DNA from: Priapulus caudatus
Lineage: Eukaryota
NCBI RefSeq assembly: GCF_000485595.1
Contig: NW_014577090.1
Coordinates: 734,322 to 789,295 of the forward strand
DNA length: 54,974 bases
Direction: 5' to 3'
The translations under genes were made by a program, and so were the position numbers. This document shows positions 1-25,761 of the stretch, piece after piece. The notes beneath the pieces were generated by a model, which was not told the origin of the DNA, did not search any database, and saw only the letters and a program-made list of their open reading frames with translations. Within the stretch, counting starts at the first letter, position 1. Each line of letters opens with the position of its first letter.

Positions 1-16377
<16,377 letters not shown>

Positions 16378-17362
16378 GGTTTCTGATGATTAAGTAATAA
16401 CACTGCCTCTTGGTTTCTACAAAGAACGAAAAATCTACATGTATACACTGTGAATGAATAAAATATGTACTATTTATAGAATGTACTATAAATAATAAAG
16501 TGTGTCGTTGACCGAAATACAAATAACCAAGACATGTTACGTGTACGGTGCAGGCAATAAACTGCAACTCATAAATATCGTGAAAACTCTACACTTACTT
16601 TACTTTACAGCCATTTACTTTATCGCACCAACTGACCAACATACAAAGTATACAGATAAACACATATTATATGCCATGCAATGATACACCACTCACAAGA
16701 CATGCCGCTACATTATACAGCATACATCAGATGGACCGTAGACATTATAATCACAGGCACTTGGAACGTTTCAATAATAAAACGATGGTGAATTAACACG
16801 AAATGTATTTACAACCAACGTCTTAATGTTTATCTACTCTCTTTCGCCTAAAGCCAATTTCACTGGTCAATCGGTGAATTTGTAACAACACTCGGAATTC
16901 AAGTCACATGGCGCAATATCACGTGACTCCAACAACGAATCGCAGAATGGTAGGAATAAAAGTAAATTTTATGGCAGCCGTGATACCATCAGCATCAACA
17001 AGTCAACAAACCTTTTGCTCGTATATTGAGCTTAAAAATGCATATATATTCGAGTGGAAACTTGCAGTATTCATTGGTGCAGTTCAACATTGGAACTATT
17101 CTGACGTATTTCTTGGAAACAAGGGCCTTGGGGAGGGGGGGTAGTTATGAATTGTTTACATCTGGACATTTGCACGTAAGTTGGAACCTGTTCCAGGAAC
17201 CACGGTTCCTGGAATTTCTGATGTGGACCACACTCGTTACGTTGACCTTGTTCTCCAAAAATCCAGCTGGAATAAGCCATTGTCTGCACAGCGTTGTGTT
17301 TTTCCATGGAAGCTTTTACAGCCTTTGACAATGCATGTAGATGGCATATTTTATTTGGTTTT

Positions 17363-17482
17363 TAAATAAGAACCCTGTCTCTTTGTTAAGTCCGCTGTCT
17401 TGGAATTAGTTGCGATCAACAATGATCACGGTCTGAACATGAAACAAAAGAATGGGTACATAGTATCAGTTACAATCCTCTA
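17363..17482 (-). repeat. 3' LTR (120 bp)
   Basis: Matches 21666-21745 + 22462-22501 with 5 substitutions; abuts the PPT. Confidence 0.92.
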
Positions 17483-17697
17483 TCTCCCCTCAAGTCTTTG
17501 GCGCGAATAGACTGACGCAAATGTCAATAATGTGACAAAGACTGAACAATCCGAAATAGTGCAGTGAACAACAAACAACTGGCATGAATGACGAATCTTG
17601 TGAACAAAACTATGAAAAATCCATGTATCAAAAGTCAAACATCCGTAGGAACATAAACACAGGAACGCGAAAAACATTGTCAGTTTGAATGCTGAGA

Positions 17698-20600
17698 TCA
17701 CATGGAATAGTCAGAGTGCCAAGCAGGCTGCTTGGTGCGACGGGTAGAGCGTCTCGGTGCTGTAGCAGGAGGGCCAGCCGGAGGGGCACTGACGGGTGCA
17801 GGATCCGGAATCCGGCGAGAGATTGCCGGGGGTGCCATGTCGGTTGATGTCGTTGCTGGTGAGTCATGCACAGTAAAGGGGACAACTGCAGGGAGAGGAA
17901 AACGCCTGTCGGTAGAACCATCATCGTCCAGCTGGGGTGGCAGAGGCATGTTGGCAGGCGGCACCGTGTTGCAGTGAGGAACGTCAGCAGAGCCAGTGGA
18001 GCGTGGCGAGACATGATGAGACGTTTGACGGATTTGACAGCAACCTCAGCGCGGCAGTTGCTATGTGGATAAGCAAAGGAGGAGAGTCTATGATGGATGC
18101 CCCAGTCCTGGAGGAAGCGGCGTGTAGTGACTGCCGTGAATTCCGGGCCACCATCCGATGCAAGTTCATCCGGGATTCCGAAGGTGACGAATGTCCGACG
18201 TAGGCATGAGATAAGTCCAGTTGCCCCTTGAGTGGAACTCTTTGAGCCAGTTTGAGTAGCGGTCCACTACAACCAAGTAGTTGCAGCCCTTGTAGTTGAA
18301 AAAATCTGCACAGACACATTGGAAAGGGTAGGCTGGAAACAGCAACGGGGTTGGTGGTGCGCTCGGGTTGGAGGGTGCAATCCGATTGCATTGGTTGCAC
18401 CATGCACGGAGAGCCGCAATGGCAGGAAAGATGCCTGGCCAAAAGATTGAGGATTATGTCCTGGCAGTCATAGAGGTGACTCCTTGGTGCGCAACATGGA
18501 GGTGGGCCAATACTTTCTCCTGGAGAGATGGTGGAATAACAAGACAGTCCTTGTAGAGGATGACCCCGTCAACTGCAGAGAGCTCATCACGGAATTGGAA
18601 GTATTCACGTAGGGGTGGAGGGAGTTCATGGCGGAACTCTGGCATGCCAGCTTCGATAGTGCCAAGCAGTGCCTGCATGTTGTCATCACTAGCTGTGGCA
18701 GTACGGACTCTGTCACATGTGACTGACTTCAGGTGGAAGGACTCCAGGGCACACATAGCAGAAGAGTGTGCAAACTTCGATGGTGTCCTCGTGCGGGGCC
18801 AGCGTGCGGAGGCCCGCCATGAGCGATGTGGAGTGCAGGAACGTGGCAGGTAAAGAGATCGTCGCGATGTCATCGGGAAGGTACAAACCCTCAGGCGCAC
18901 CAGTCGGGTGTCGAGAGAGGCAGTCTGTAGTACGGTGTCTGACGCCTGGGACATGGACCATACGAAACTTGTAGCGCAGGGTTTTCTCCTTCAAGTTCCT
19001 CAGGCGGGGGTTAGGGATGTCCTGTAGGGCACAGTCAGTAAAGATCTTGAGGAGGGGCTTGTGATTGACTGCTATGAGGTCCTCATGCTGTCTTGTATCG
19101 GTACCTGCCCCATGGAGTGATGAAGGTGGTGAGATGTCTGTCCTCTGGGCATATGGGTACGCTATGGTATCCGTTCCATGCGTCGAGTACTGTCTTTTTC
19201 TTCCTGTGACGAACGGAACTGGCCTGAATAAAGGGTGATGGTGTGTGGTGTGTCTCGCGGGTAGCGTGCACATCGAGGGCCTAGAAATCAACCGTCCGAC
19301 ATGGTTTACAGTCCTTCTTTGCACACACCACCATCCTGTGGCACCAGGTAACAGGCTCCCCGATGGGTACTGGTTCGAGCACACCCAACTGAACATCACT
19401 ATCTAAACCAGCCTTGACGGCATCTCACCAGTGGAGTGGAACAGGCACTGGTGTGTGATGTGCGACTGGCTCTGCGTCAGGGTCCACCATCAATTTCATA
19501 GGGGGCTGTCCATTAGTGGCAAGGGCTGATACTCACACGTATTAAATGTGCTTGATTTGTAGTAGTCAAGTAGATACTGTTGCAGCTTCACATGGTTCGC
19601 CTCAGTCGCAGGGAATGGCAGTTTAATAGGGGGTGGTGGGGCTGTTGACGCCGAGGGCAGGTACAGACTGTTCCATCAGAGGCCTCCTTGAGGGTGGCTG
19701 CCGTGTCCGGTTGGTGTGCCCCTTGTGTCATGCCGACTGTGGGGAAGCCTTCCGAGATGATCCCCAAATCGATGCAGGCCGCTTTGCTGACGAAGAGCTT
19801 ATCGGAGATGTCTGTGATGTAGGTCCGTTGCCGTGACTCGACAACATGACCGAGGGGATCTTTGCCGGATAAGCAGAGAGGGGCGGCTCCAAGGATCGTG
19901 ATGCCCCCATTAGTCGCAGTGTGCATCGCCATGGTGACTGGGATGAGGTTTTGAAAGCGTAATCCAAGGCGATGGACGACCTTCAAACCAGCAAGGCAGC
20001 TTTGGCATCCAGTGTCTGCCATGGCTGGTATGGAGCAGATCTTCGAGGGGGATGAGAGGCCGAAACCAAGGGCTTCATAGTCATCAGGAACAGCTTTCAC
20101 GGTCACATCAAGGAATGGCTGAGGTGTCATTCTTTTCCTGTGCCATGCTTTGGAAAGGTTATCACACACGTGGTGGGTGATGGGGAGGCCATGTGGTTGC
20201 CCTAAGTCACGGATGGTACAGAGGGTGTCGAAGATAGCACCCTCGTGTTCGCCAGGGATGGCTGACTGTTGGTGTCGTGGCCTGCCCTTGCTGCGGCAGA
20301 CATTCTCCATATGATGAAGCTTGTCACAGTGTCCACATATCTGTCCATAGGCTGTACACTGCGTCTTGCGGACATGAGCTGGAACGCTCCGTCCGTGCCC
20401 CTTCTTACCGCAGTAGGCGCACACTTTCTGCTTCTCCTTGAAATGTGTCTGTCTGGTTTTCCGATGGGAGCTGCTGGCTGCTTCCACCGCGTGTGAGTCC
20501 AGGAGGGAGGAGGCAGAGCGTTTCCCGGCCTCTCTTGCCTCAATGAACTGGAAGACATCTTCCAAGCCCATGTCCTGGTTGTCTCCTAAAAAATCAAGCT

Positions 20601-21643
20601 GGATTTCAGAGTCAGCAATTCCCCTGGTAAGCACATCCCGCATTATTGCGTCGGTGTAGTTGACATCGGCAGCGCAGGTAGGGCATTCAATGATGAATTT
20701 GCAGATGTCTGCTTGATCCCGCAGACGGGCTCCGAAGCTGCGAACTGTCTCATCTCTTTCTTGACGCATGTTGTGGCGTGTCACCCGAGCAACCATTGTA
20801 TTCTCCTCGCGCATGGCGATCTTTTGGATGGATGACAGTACCTCATCCTCAGTTTTGTTGCAGGGGTCGAAATTAACGGTATCCCGATATCCGCAGGATA
20901 GTAAGTTCTTGTGTTGGATACCAGATTTGATGCTTGGTATCCCACCAGGATAGTAAAAAAATAATCGTCAAAATCGAGATAGTGGTTGTTTAGTTATCAA
21001 CTTTATGCGCGATCTGAGCTTGCTCAGGCACCCTTACGCCACACTAGCGTTATACAGCAGACATAGCATATTTGCAAGATATTGTTGCAAGAAGCCGATG
21101 TTGATCATAAATGTGATGTGTATACATTGTATCAAGCGAACCAGACAATGCGTATAGACAATACGTCTGCGGTGTACTGTGAAGGTGTATGTAAAATGAA
21201 CGCGAGCGATGAGAATTTTGAAGGCAAAAAATTGTTGAATTTACTATCCAAAAAATGGAATACCAGATTTCAATACCTGGTATCCCAAATGGATACCATA
21301 ATAAAAATATAATTCCGACCCCTGTGTTGGTGAGGCTGCCACCAGCAGCTCTTGTGAGATCCTTGCGTAGAGGTTCATCGCAGCATTCCAGGAGCTGTGC
21401 AACCTTGTCCTTCCCGGTAATCTTGGTGGCATCAGCGTAGTCAGACCACCGTGGCTTGAAGTACGCCCATTCCTCGCTAGTGCCAGCAACAGGAATCATT
21501 GGTCTCTTGACCTTCTCGACCTTGGCAGCTTGTCCATATGTGTGAATTGCGCTGTGGGCAGTGAGGAGTGCGGCAACGATAGCAGCGTCGAGGTATGGCG
21601 TCTTGTAGTCGCAGCCGGGGATTGGGCAGTTAACAGCAGGCAT
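17698..21643 (-). pseudogene. Disrupted gag-pol of the LTR retrotransposon
   Basis: ATG at 21643. Removing the 20861-21324 MITE plus one TSD restores the frame (..GGSLTN-KTEDEVLSSIQKIAMREENTMV..). Frameshifts, stops and large deletions in RT, RNase H and integrase; ends at ..WHSDYSM* (17698). Confidence 0.9.
20861..21324. mobile_element. hAT-like MITE with 5-bp TSD, inserted in gag
   Basis: TIRs CAGGGGTCGAAATTA / TAATTCCGACCCCTG; TSD TGTTG; second copy at 42227-43020. Confidence 0.9.
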
Positions 21644-21655
21644 CTTGGTAGGTCT

Positions 21656-21665
21656 ACCGTGATCA
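21656..21665 (-). promoter_or_regulatory. Primer-binding-site position, complementary to the element's own LTR (candidate self-priming PBS)
   Basis: Minus-strand TGATCACGGT directly follows the 5' LTR; the LTR contains its reverse complement (plus-strand 17423-17432 exact; 21726-21735 with one G.U). Confidence 0.7.
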
Positions 21666-21745
21666 TAAATAAGAACCCTGTCTCTTTGTTAAGTCCGCTG
21701 TCTTGGAATTAGTTGCGGTCAACAATGACCACGGTCTGCACATGA

Positions 21746-22461
21746 AACAAGTGCCGCGGAGCGACAGCGCTCATCTAACGTCTACTGCGGTGACTCTGTG
21801 GTGGAGTGGTGGGATTCTAGTAAACCCTGTTAGTCCCAAANNNNNNNNNNNNNNNNNNNNNNNNNTCAAATTCTTTCTAACAGACAGTAAACAAATCCAT
21901 GTTTAACCCTCCTCTTGAGGGTCAAAAGATTATCCGACACTTACTCTTCGCATGTCAGCAGAAGGTACATTTCATGGTCCTTTCAATAAAGCCATAAAAA
22001 TGCTAGGTCACCGCTGAAACAAAAAAGTTTTTCAATTGCTCCGTCAGACCATGTCCTCAGAAAATGTCTAAAATCTGCCCTGTGCCCATTGACCTTTAAC
22101 CTGTGACCTCCAATTTCGGCACAGTGATGGCTTTTCCTACCATGATGCTATACACCGACTATCACAAGCCTAGGTCGAGCCGTTTCGATTTGTGCCACAA
22201 TTCTGCATTTCCTCCCTATACCTTAAGTTAAGGAGTGAATGTTCCCCCTTCTTTTACACCTCTTGACCTTTGACCTTTGACTTCCAGCTTCGACATCCCA
22301 ACTCGTTTTCGGATTACCCCTCACGTCCCGAATATCGTGACCGTACGTCGAGCGGTTAAGATTTGTGCCCAACTGTTGACGGACGGACGGACGCTCGCAC
22401 GGACGGATAGACGGACGATCATGCGATTCTACAAGCTGCATCTGACTATGTCAGATGAGCT
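21746..22461. mobile_element. HINE-like (Helentron-derived) element inside the 5' LTR; spans the N gap
   Basis: Starts AACAAGTGCC..GCTCATC; contains TGACCTTTGACC motifs, (GGAC)n and terminal hairpin CATCTGAC-tat-GTCAGATG-AGCT. Removing it restores CATGA|AACAAAAG. Confidence 0.75.
21841..21865. other. Assembly gap (25 N)
   Basis: Run of n. Confidence 1.
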
Positions 22462-22800
22462 AACAAAAGAATGGGTACATAGTATCACTTAAAATCCTCT
22501 AGTTTTGAATTTAGATAAATTTATTCATGGGCGCCGCCATATTGAAATTGCACGTTCCTACCAGTTTTTGATTGGCTAATGTGACTTCTCATTCGGGGAT
22601 AGATCAGCATGTTCCGATGTACATCGTATCGGAGTGAAATGGGCTATTATTGGCAGCAGTGTGCCAGTGTATTGTGTGAATGTAGCACAAATTCTCCTCT
22701 GCACCACACAATTTCACGGAGATGAGCATTTGAACGGCATGTACGTGGAATTGTACAGTAATACGTAGTACACAAATTAAGAGTTTGGTAATAAATAAAA

Positions 22801-23620
22801 GGCCGATGTTATTGGCACTTATTTAAGTGTGTCCAAACACAAAAATTGATCGAATTTCGCTATAGCCGCACTTATAAGTGTGTCCAAGATGCACATAGCT
22901 CCATTGCCCACACTTATTTTAAGTGCGTCCAAAGCTAAAAAAATTCCCTTGCCCAAACTTATTTTAAGTGGTACTTTCTAAATACCGGAATGGAATCAAC
23001 TGGCACGGCGAGTGGCACTTATAAGTGTGGGCAAGATGCACATAGCTCCATTACCCACATTTATTTTTGCCCTACGGCGAGTCCCACTCCAGCTCCACCT
23101 CCGTCCGCCATGATTGTGACCAGTTCCCGCCAAATCGTGAACATGGTGAAATCGTTTTCATGGGTGAAAATTCAGCATTATCCGCACGTAATCAAAATAA
23201 GTATGGCCAAGGGGAAAATAATACACCAATAACCCTCACCAAAATATAAAAAGATTATATGGGACAGAATTATTCGGTCTACCCTAACCCTAACCCTAAC
23301 ACTAACCCTAACACTAACTATAAACCGACTCGGCTTTCTTATATGTACGCGTGTCATAGTACAAAAATTAATCTATGGTGTATAACGACATACGCAACGC
23401 ATGCGCATTGCATGATCAAAATAACTGTGGACAAGGGAAAAATTCAGCATTATCCGCACGTAATCAAAATAAGTGTGGCCAAGGGAAAAATTCAGCACTG
23501 GCCACACTTATAAGTGTGGCCAAGGGAAAAATTCAGCATTATCTGCACGTAATCAAAATAAGTGTGGCCAAGGAAAAAATTCAGCACTGGCCACACTTAT
23601 AAGTGCGAATAGTCACTTCC
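22801..23620. mobile_element. GG..CC TIR element with sub-terminal tandem repeats, internal (CCCTAA)n and 9-bp TSD (MULE/Merlin-like)
   Basis: Perfect TAAATAAAA flanks (22792-22800, 23621-23629); repeated CACTTATAAGTG and AATTCAGCATTATCCGCACGTAATCAAAATAAGTG motifs; telomere-like tract 23281-23320. Confidence 0.8.
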
Positions 23621-23949
23621 TAAATAAAATGTGATTATTTATGGCCTGATTCCTGTGGTCAAAGCCTATGATATCAATGATGTATGTGATATCGTATGGC
23701 CTTGAGAATGACACACACTGACGCAATATGGCAAACATGACACACTGTCACACACTAACAACACTCAACAGTAAAACAGTATCAGTAACCCAACACAAGA
23801 GAAAAGACAATACCGTAAACCCTACTCCTGCCAGTCCTGTGTCGCCTGTTGGGGTAAATTCATTATTTATCCTTATACTTATAGTTGAGTTGCAATTCAA
23901 ATCTAATCACCAAGTCAAGTGCTGTACTGGAGCTATGTAGACTGTAGAG

Positions 23950-24500
23950 TGTATGACCTACCTCGGTACCTGTACTGCAGTACTCTTTACACTCACTTGT
24001 TGTAGGTCTACAGCTGTTTTACCTTTTAAGTTTTATCATTTATGGTTTTATCATTGCGTAGATCAGATTGCTTCAGCTGTACACAACTCACAAGTTTAAA
24101 AACTTGCAGTAAGTTTACTACTACAGTACTAGCAGACAACTAGATACAATAATGTAACACAAACACAGGAACCTGCAGCAAAGATCCAAAGAAATCAACA
24201 ACAGTGCCGTGGCGCCATCTCTGTGTATGTGGGAAGTCCGACGCCGACGATTTTGCTGAATTCTGCGCACCAACAATATTTTTTTAATATACTTGCCTTT
24301 GTCACTTAAAATAATACAATTTACAATGCTCTCTATTCTTGAGCCAAATAAGTAATCAAACATAAGATATATTGTTTCTTAAACAGCTAAAACGATTAGA
24401 TTATAAAAGACTGCAAAATGCGATGATGATATTGTCCACGGATAGATGGCGATAAAAATAATGTGTACCCGCTCGTGATTGGCCAAGCTTGATTTTGTGT
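23950..24500. promoter_or_regulatory. Candidate bidirectional promoter / non-coding first exons for ATP7 and ALG11
   Basis: Both ATG-bearing exons are preceded by AG acceptors, so upstream exons are needed. This largely TE-free island has divergent YY1-like ATGGCG motifs (~24214 minus, ~24446 plus), a CCAAT box (GATTGG ~24477) and a minus-strand donor GAG|GTAGGT at ~23961. Confidence 0.4.
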
Positions 24501-24779
24501 ACACGCGAAAGCCGATGTCAACATTCGCCCAACGTGTCATTGACTTTGGTAGTAGATTTCGTATTTATTTAGCATTCCATTATATTTTATTGAAACGCTT
24601 CAAGTGCGTGTGACTAGTACTACCCTACCTCCTACCCTACTCCACTACTCCATTAACCCTTACCTACTCCACTAACGAGTCTAGGGAGTCCGAGTCGCCT
24701 ACGGCAACGCCTACTCCCTAACCCTAACGCCTAACCATATCACATTATCATCAGATAGTTACCAGGGTACGTTCCGGCA

Positions 24780-25401
24780 TAGCTCTAGTACTATAGCCCG
24801 CGTTCATTAACTGCCGCAGGGCTATAGAACATTTTCAGCTAGATTTCGTAACTGCAACCTGTTACCACCTGTCCCCACGAAAAATGGATCGCAAAACGCA
24901 AAATTATCGGGCTTTTTAACACTTTACCACTTATTTATCAACATGGACATTTCACCTATCTTTTTGAACACTTTACACAACTTTACACCATGTATTTATC
25001 CTTTTATTCCACAAAGTAAGCACTACTGGCATTTCATTTCGAAACTAAGTGGTGTGCGCACGTGTGACGTTACCGCATATGTACGCAAAACACATGGCAG
25101 CTATGGCCAATACTGGTGACGTCACGCAGGCGCTCGCCACTTCGTTTCAAAATGAAATGCCAGTAGTGCTTACTTTGTAGAATAAAAGGATAAATACATG
25201 GTGTAAAGTTGTGTAAAGTGTTCAAAAAGATAGGTGAGATGTCCATGTAGATAAATAAGTGTTAAACAGCTCGATGATTTTGCGTTTTGCGATCCATTTT
25301 TTGTGTGGACAGGTGGTGAGAGGTTGCAGTTACGAAATCAAGCTGAAAATGTTCTATAGCCCTGCGGAAGTTAATGAACGCGGGCTATAGTATTAGAGCT
25401 A
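24780..25401. mobile_element. 622-bp foldback element, TAG termini, 9-bp TSD (AcademH-like or MULE-like)
   Basis: Near-complete palindrome TAGCTCTAGTACTATAGCCCGCG..CGCGGGCTATAGTATTAGAGCTA; TSD GTTCCGGCA. Confidence 0.88.
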
Positions 25402-25515
25402 GTTCCGGCAGTACCCTGGGGCCTGGGGGACATAGACCTTATGAGCACTACTACTAGTACTAATACTGTACTAGTACTACTAGTAGTAGTGCTAGCTGTC
25501 CTTCCTGCTTTGCAG

Positions 25516-25568
25516 TAGCTCTAGTAACTAATATAGCCCGCGTACGGTTGCCGCAGCTATTAGAGCTA
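25516..25568. mobile_element. 53-bp miniature of the same TAGCTCTA family
   Basis: TAGCTCTAGTA..TATTAGAGCTA with perfect 9-bp TSD GCTTTGCAG. Confidence 0.85.
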
Positions 25569-25761
25569 GCTTTGCAGCAGAGGGGGGCCTAAATTTCAGC
25601 TTGTATCAGTTATACGATTTTTTGAATTTTAGTTTGTGCTTGTAATGTTCTTGACTATTGTGTACACCAAAAATTGTATGCAAAATTTGATGTAAACAAC
25701 ATACTAATTATTAACTAAACATAATTTGGATGGACACCACGTTTATTTACTATTAGTATTA

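Larger units (their letters stand above)
17363..22501 (-). mobile_element. Internally deleted Ty3/gypsy LTR retrotransposon (Mag-like gag-pol) with 120-bp TA..TA LTRs and 5-bp TSD
   Basis: TSD GTTTT at 17358-17362 and 22502-22506. 3' LTR 17363-17482; 5' LTR 21666-22501, split by an insertion. PPT GAGGGGAGA at 17483-17491. Gag with two CCHC knuckles, protease ADTGCQS, RT LDAWNGYHSVP..TFITPWGRYRY, RNase H end HKPLLKIF..LSRHP, integrase H..HQG and CADFF..YLVVVDRYSNW. Confidence 0.93.
21666..22501 (-). repeat. 5' LTR (120 bp) interrupted by a ~716-bp insertion
   Basis: LTR halves at 21666-21745 and 22462-22501. Confidence 0.9.

Noticed and set aside
21050..21324. Hydrophobic C-terminus of the 197-aa gag ORF as an env-like or TM segment
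   Set aside because: It is read-through into the inserted MITE; the true frame resumes at 20855.
21746..21750. AACAA as a 5-bp TSD of the insertion in the 5' LTR
   Set aside because: Equally explained by a Helentron-type element starting AACAAG inserted between A|A without a TSD; no TIRs support a cut-and-paste element.
16752..24612. Two oppositely oriented CACA(G/C)GCACTTG ends as one giant composite element
   Set aside because: The flanks (ATTATAAT vs ACTAGTAC) are not a TSD; more likely independent fragments.
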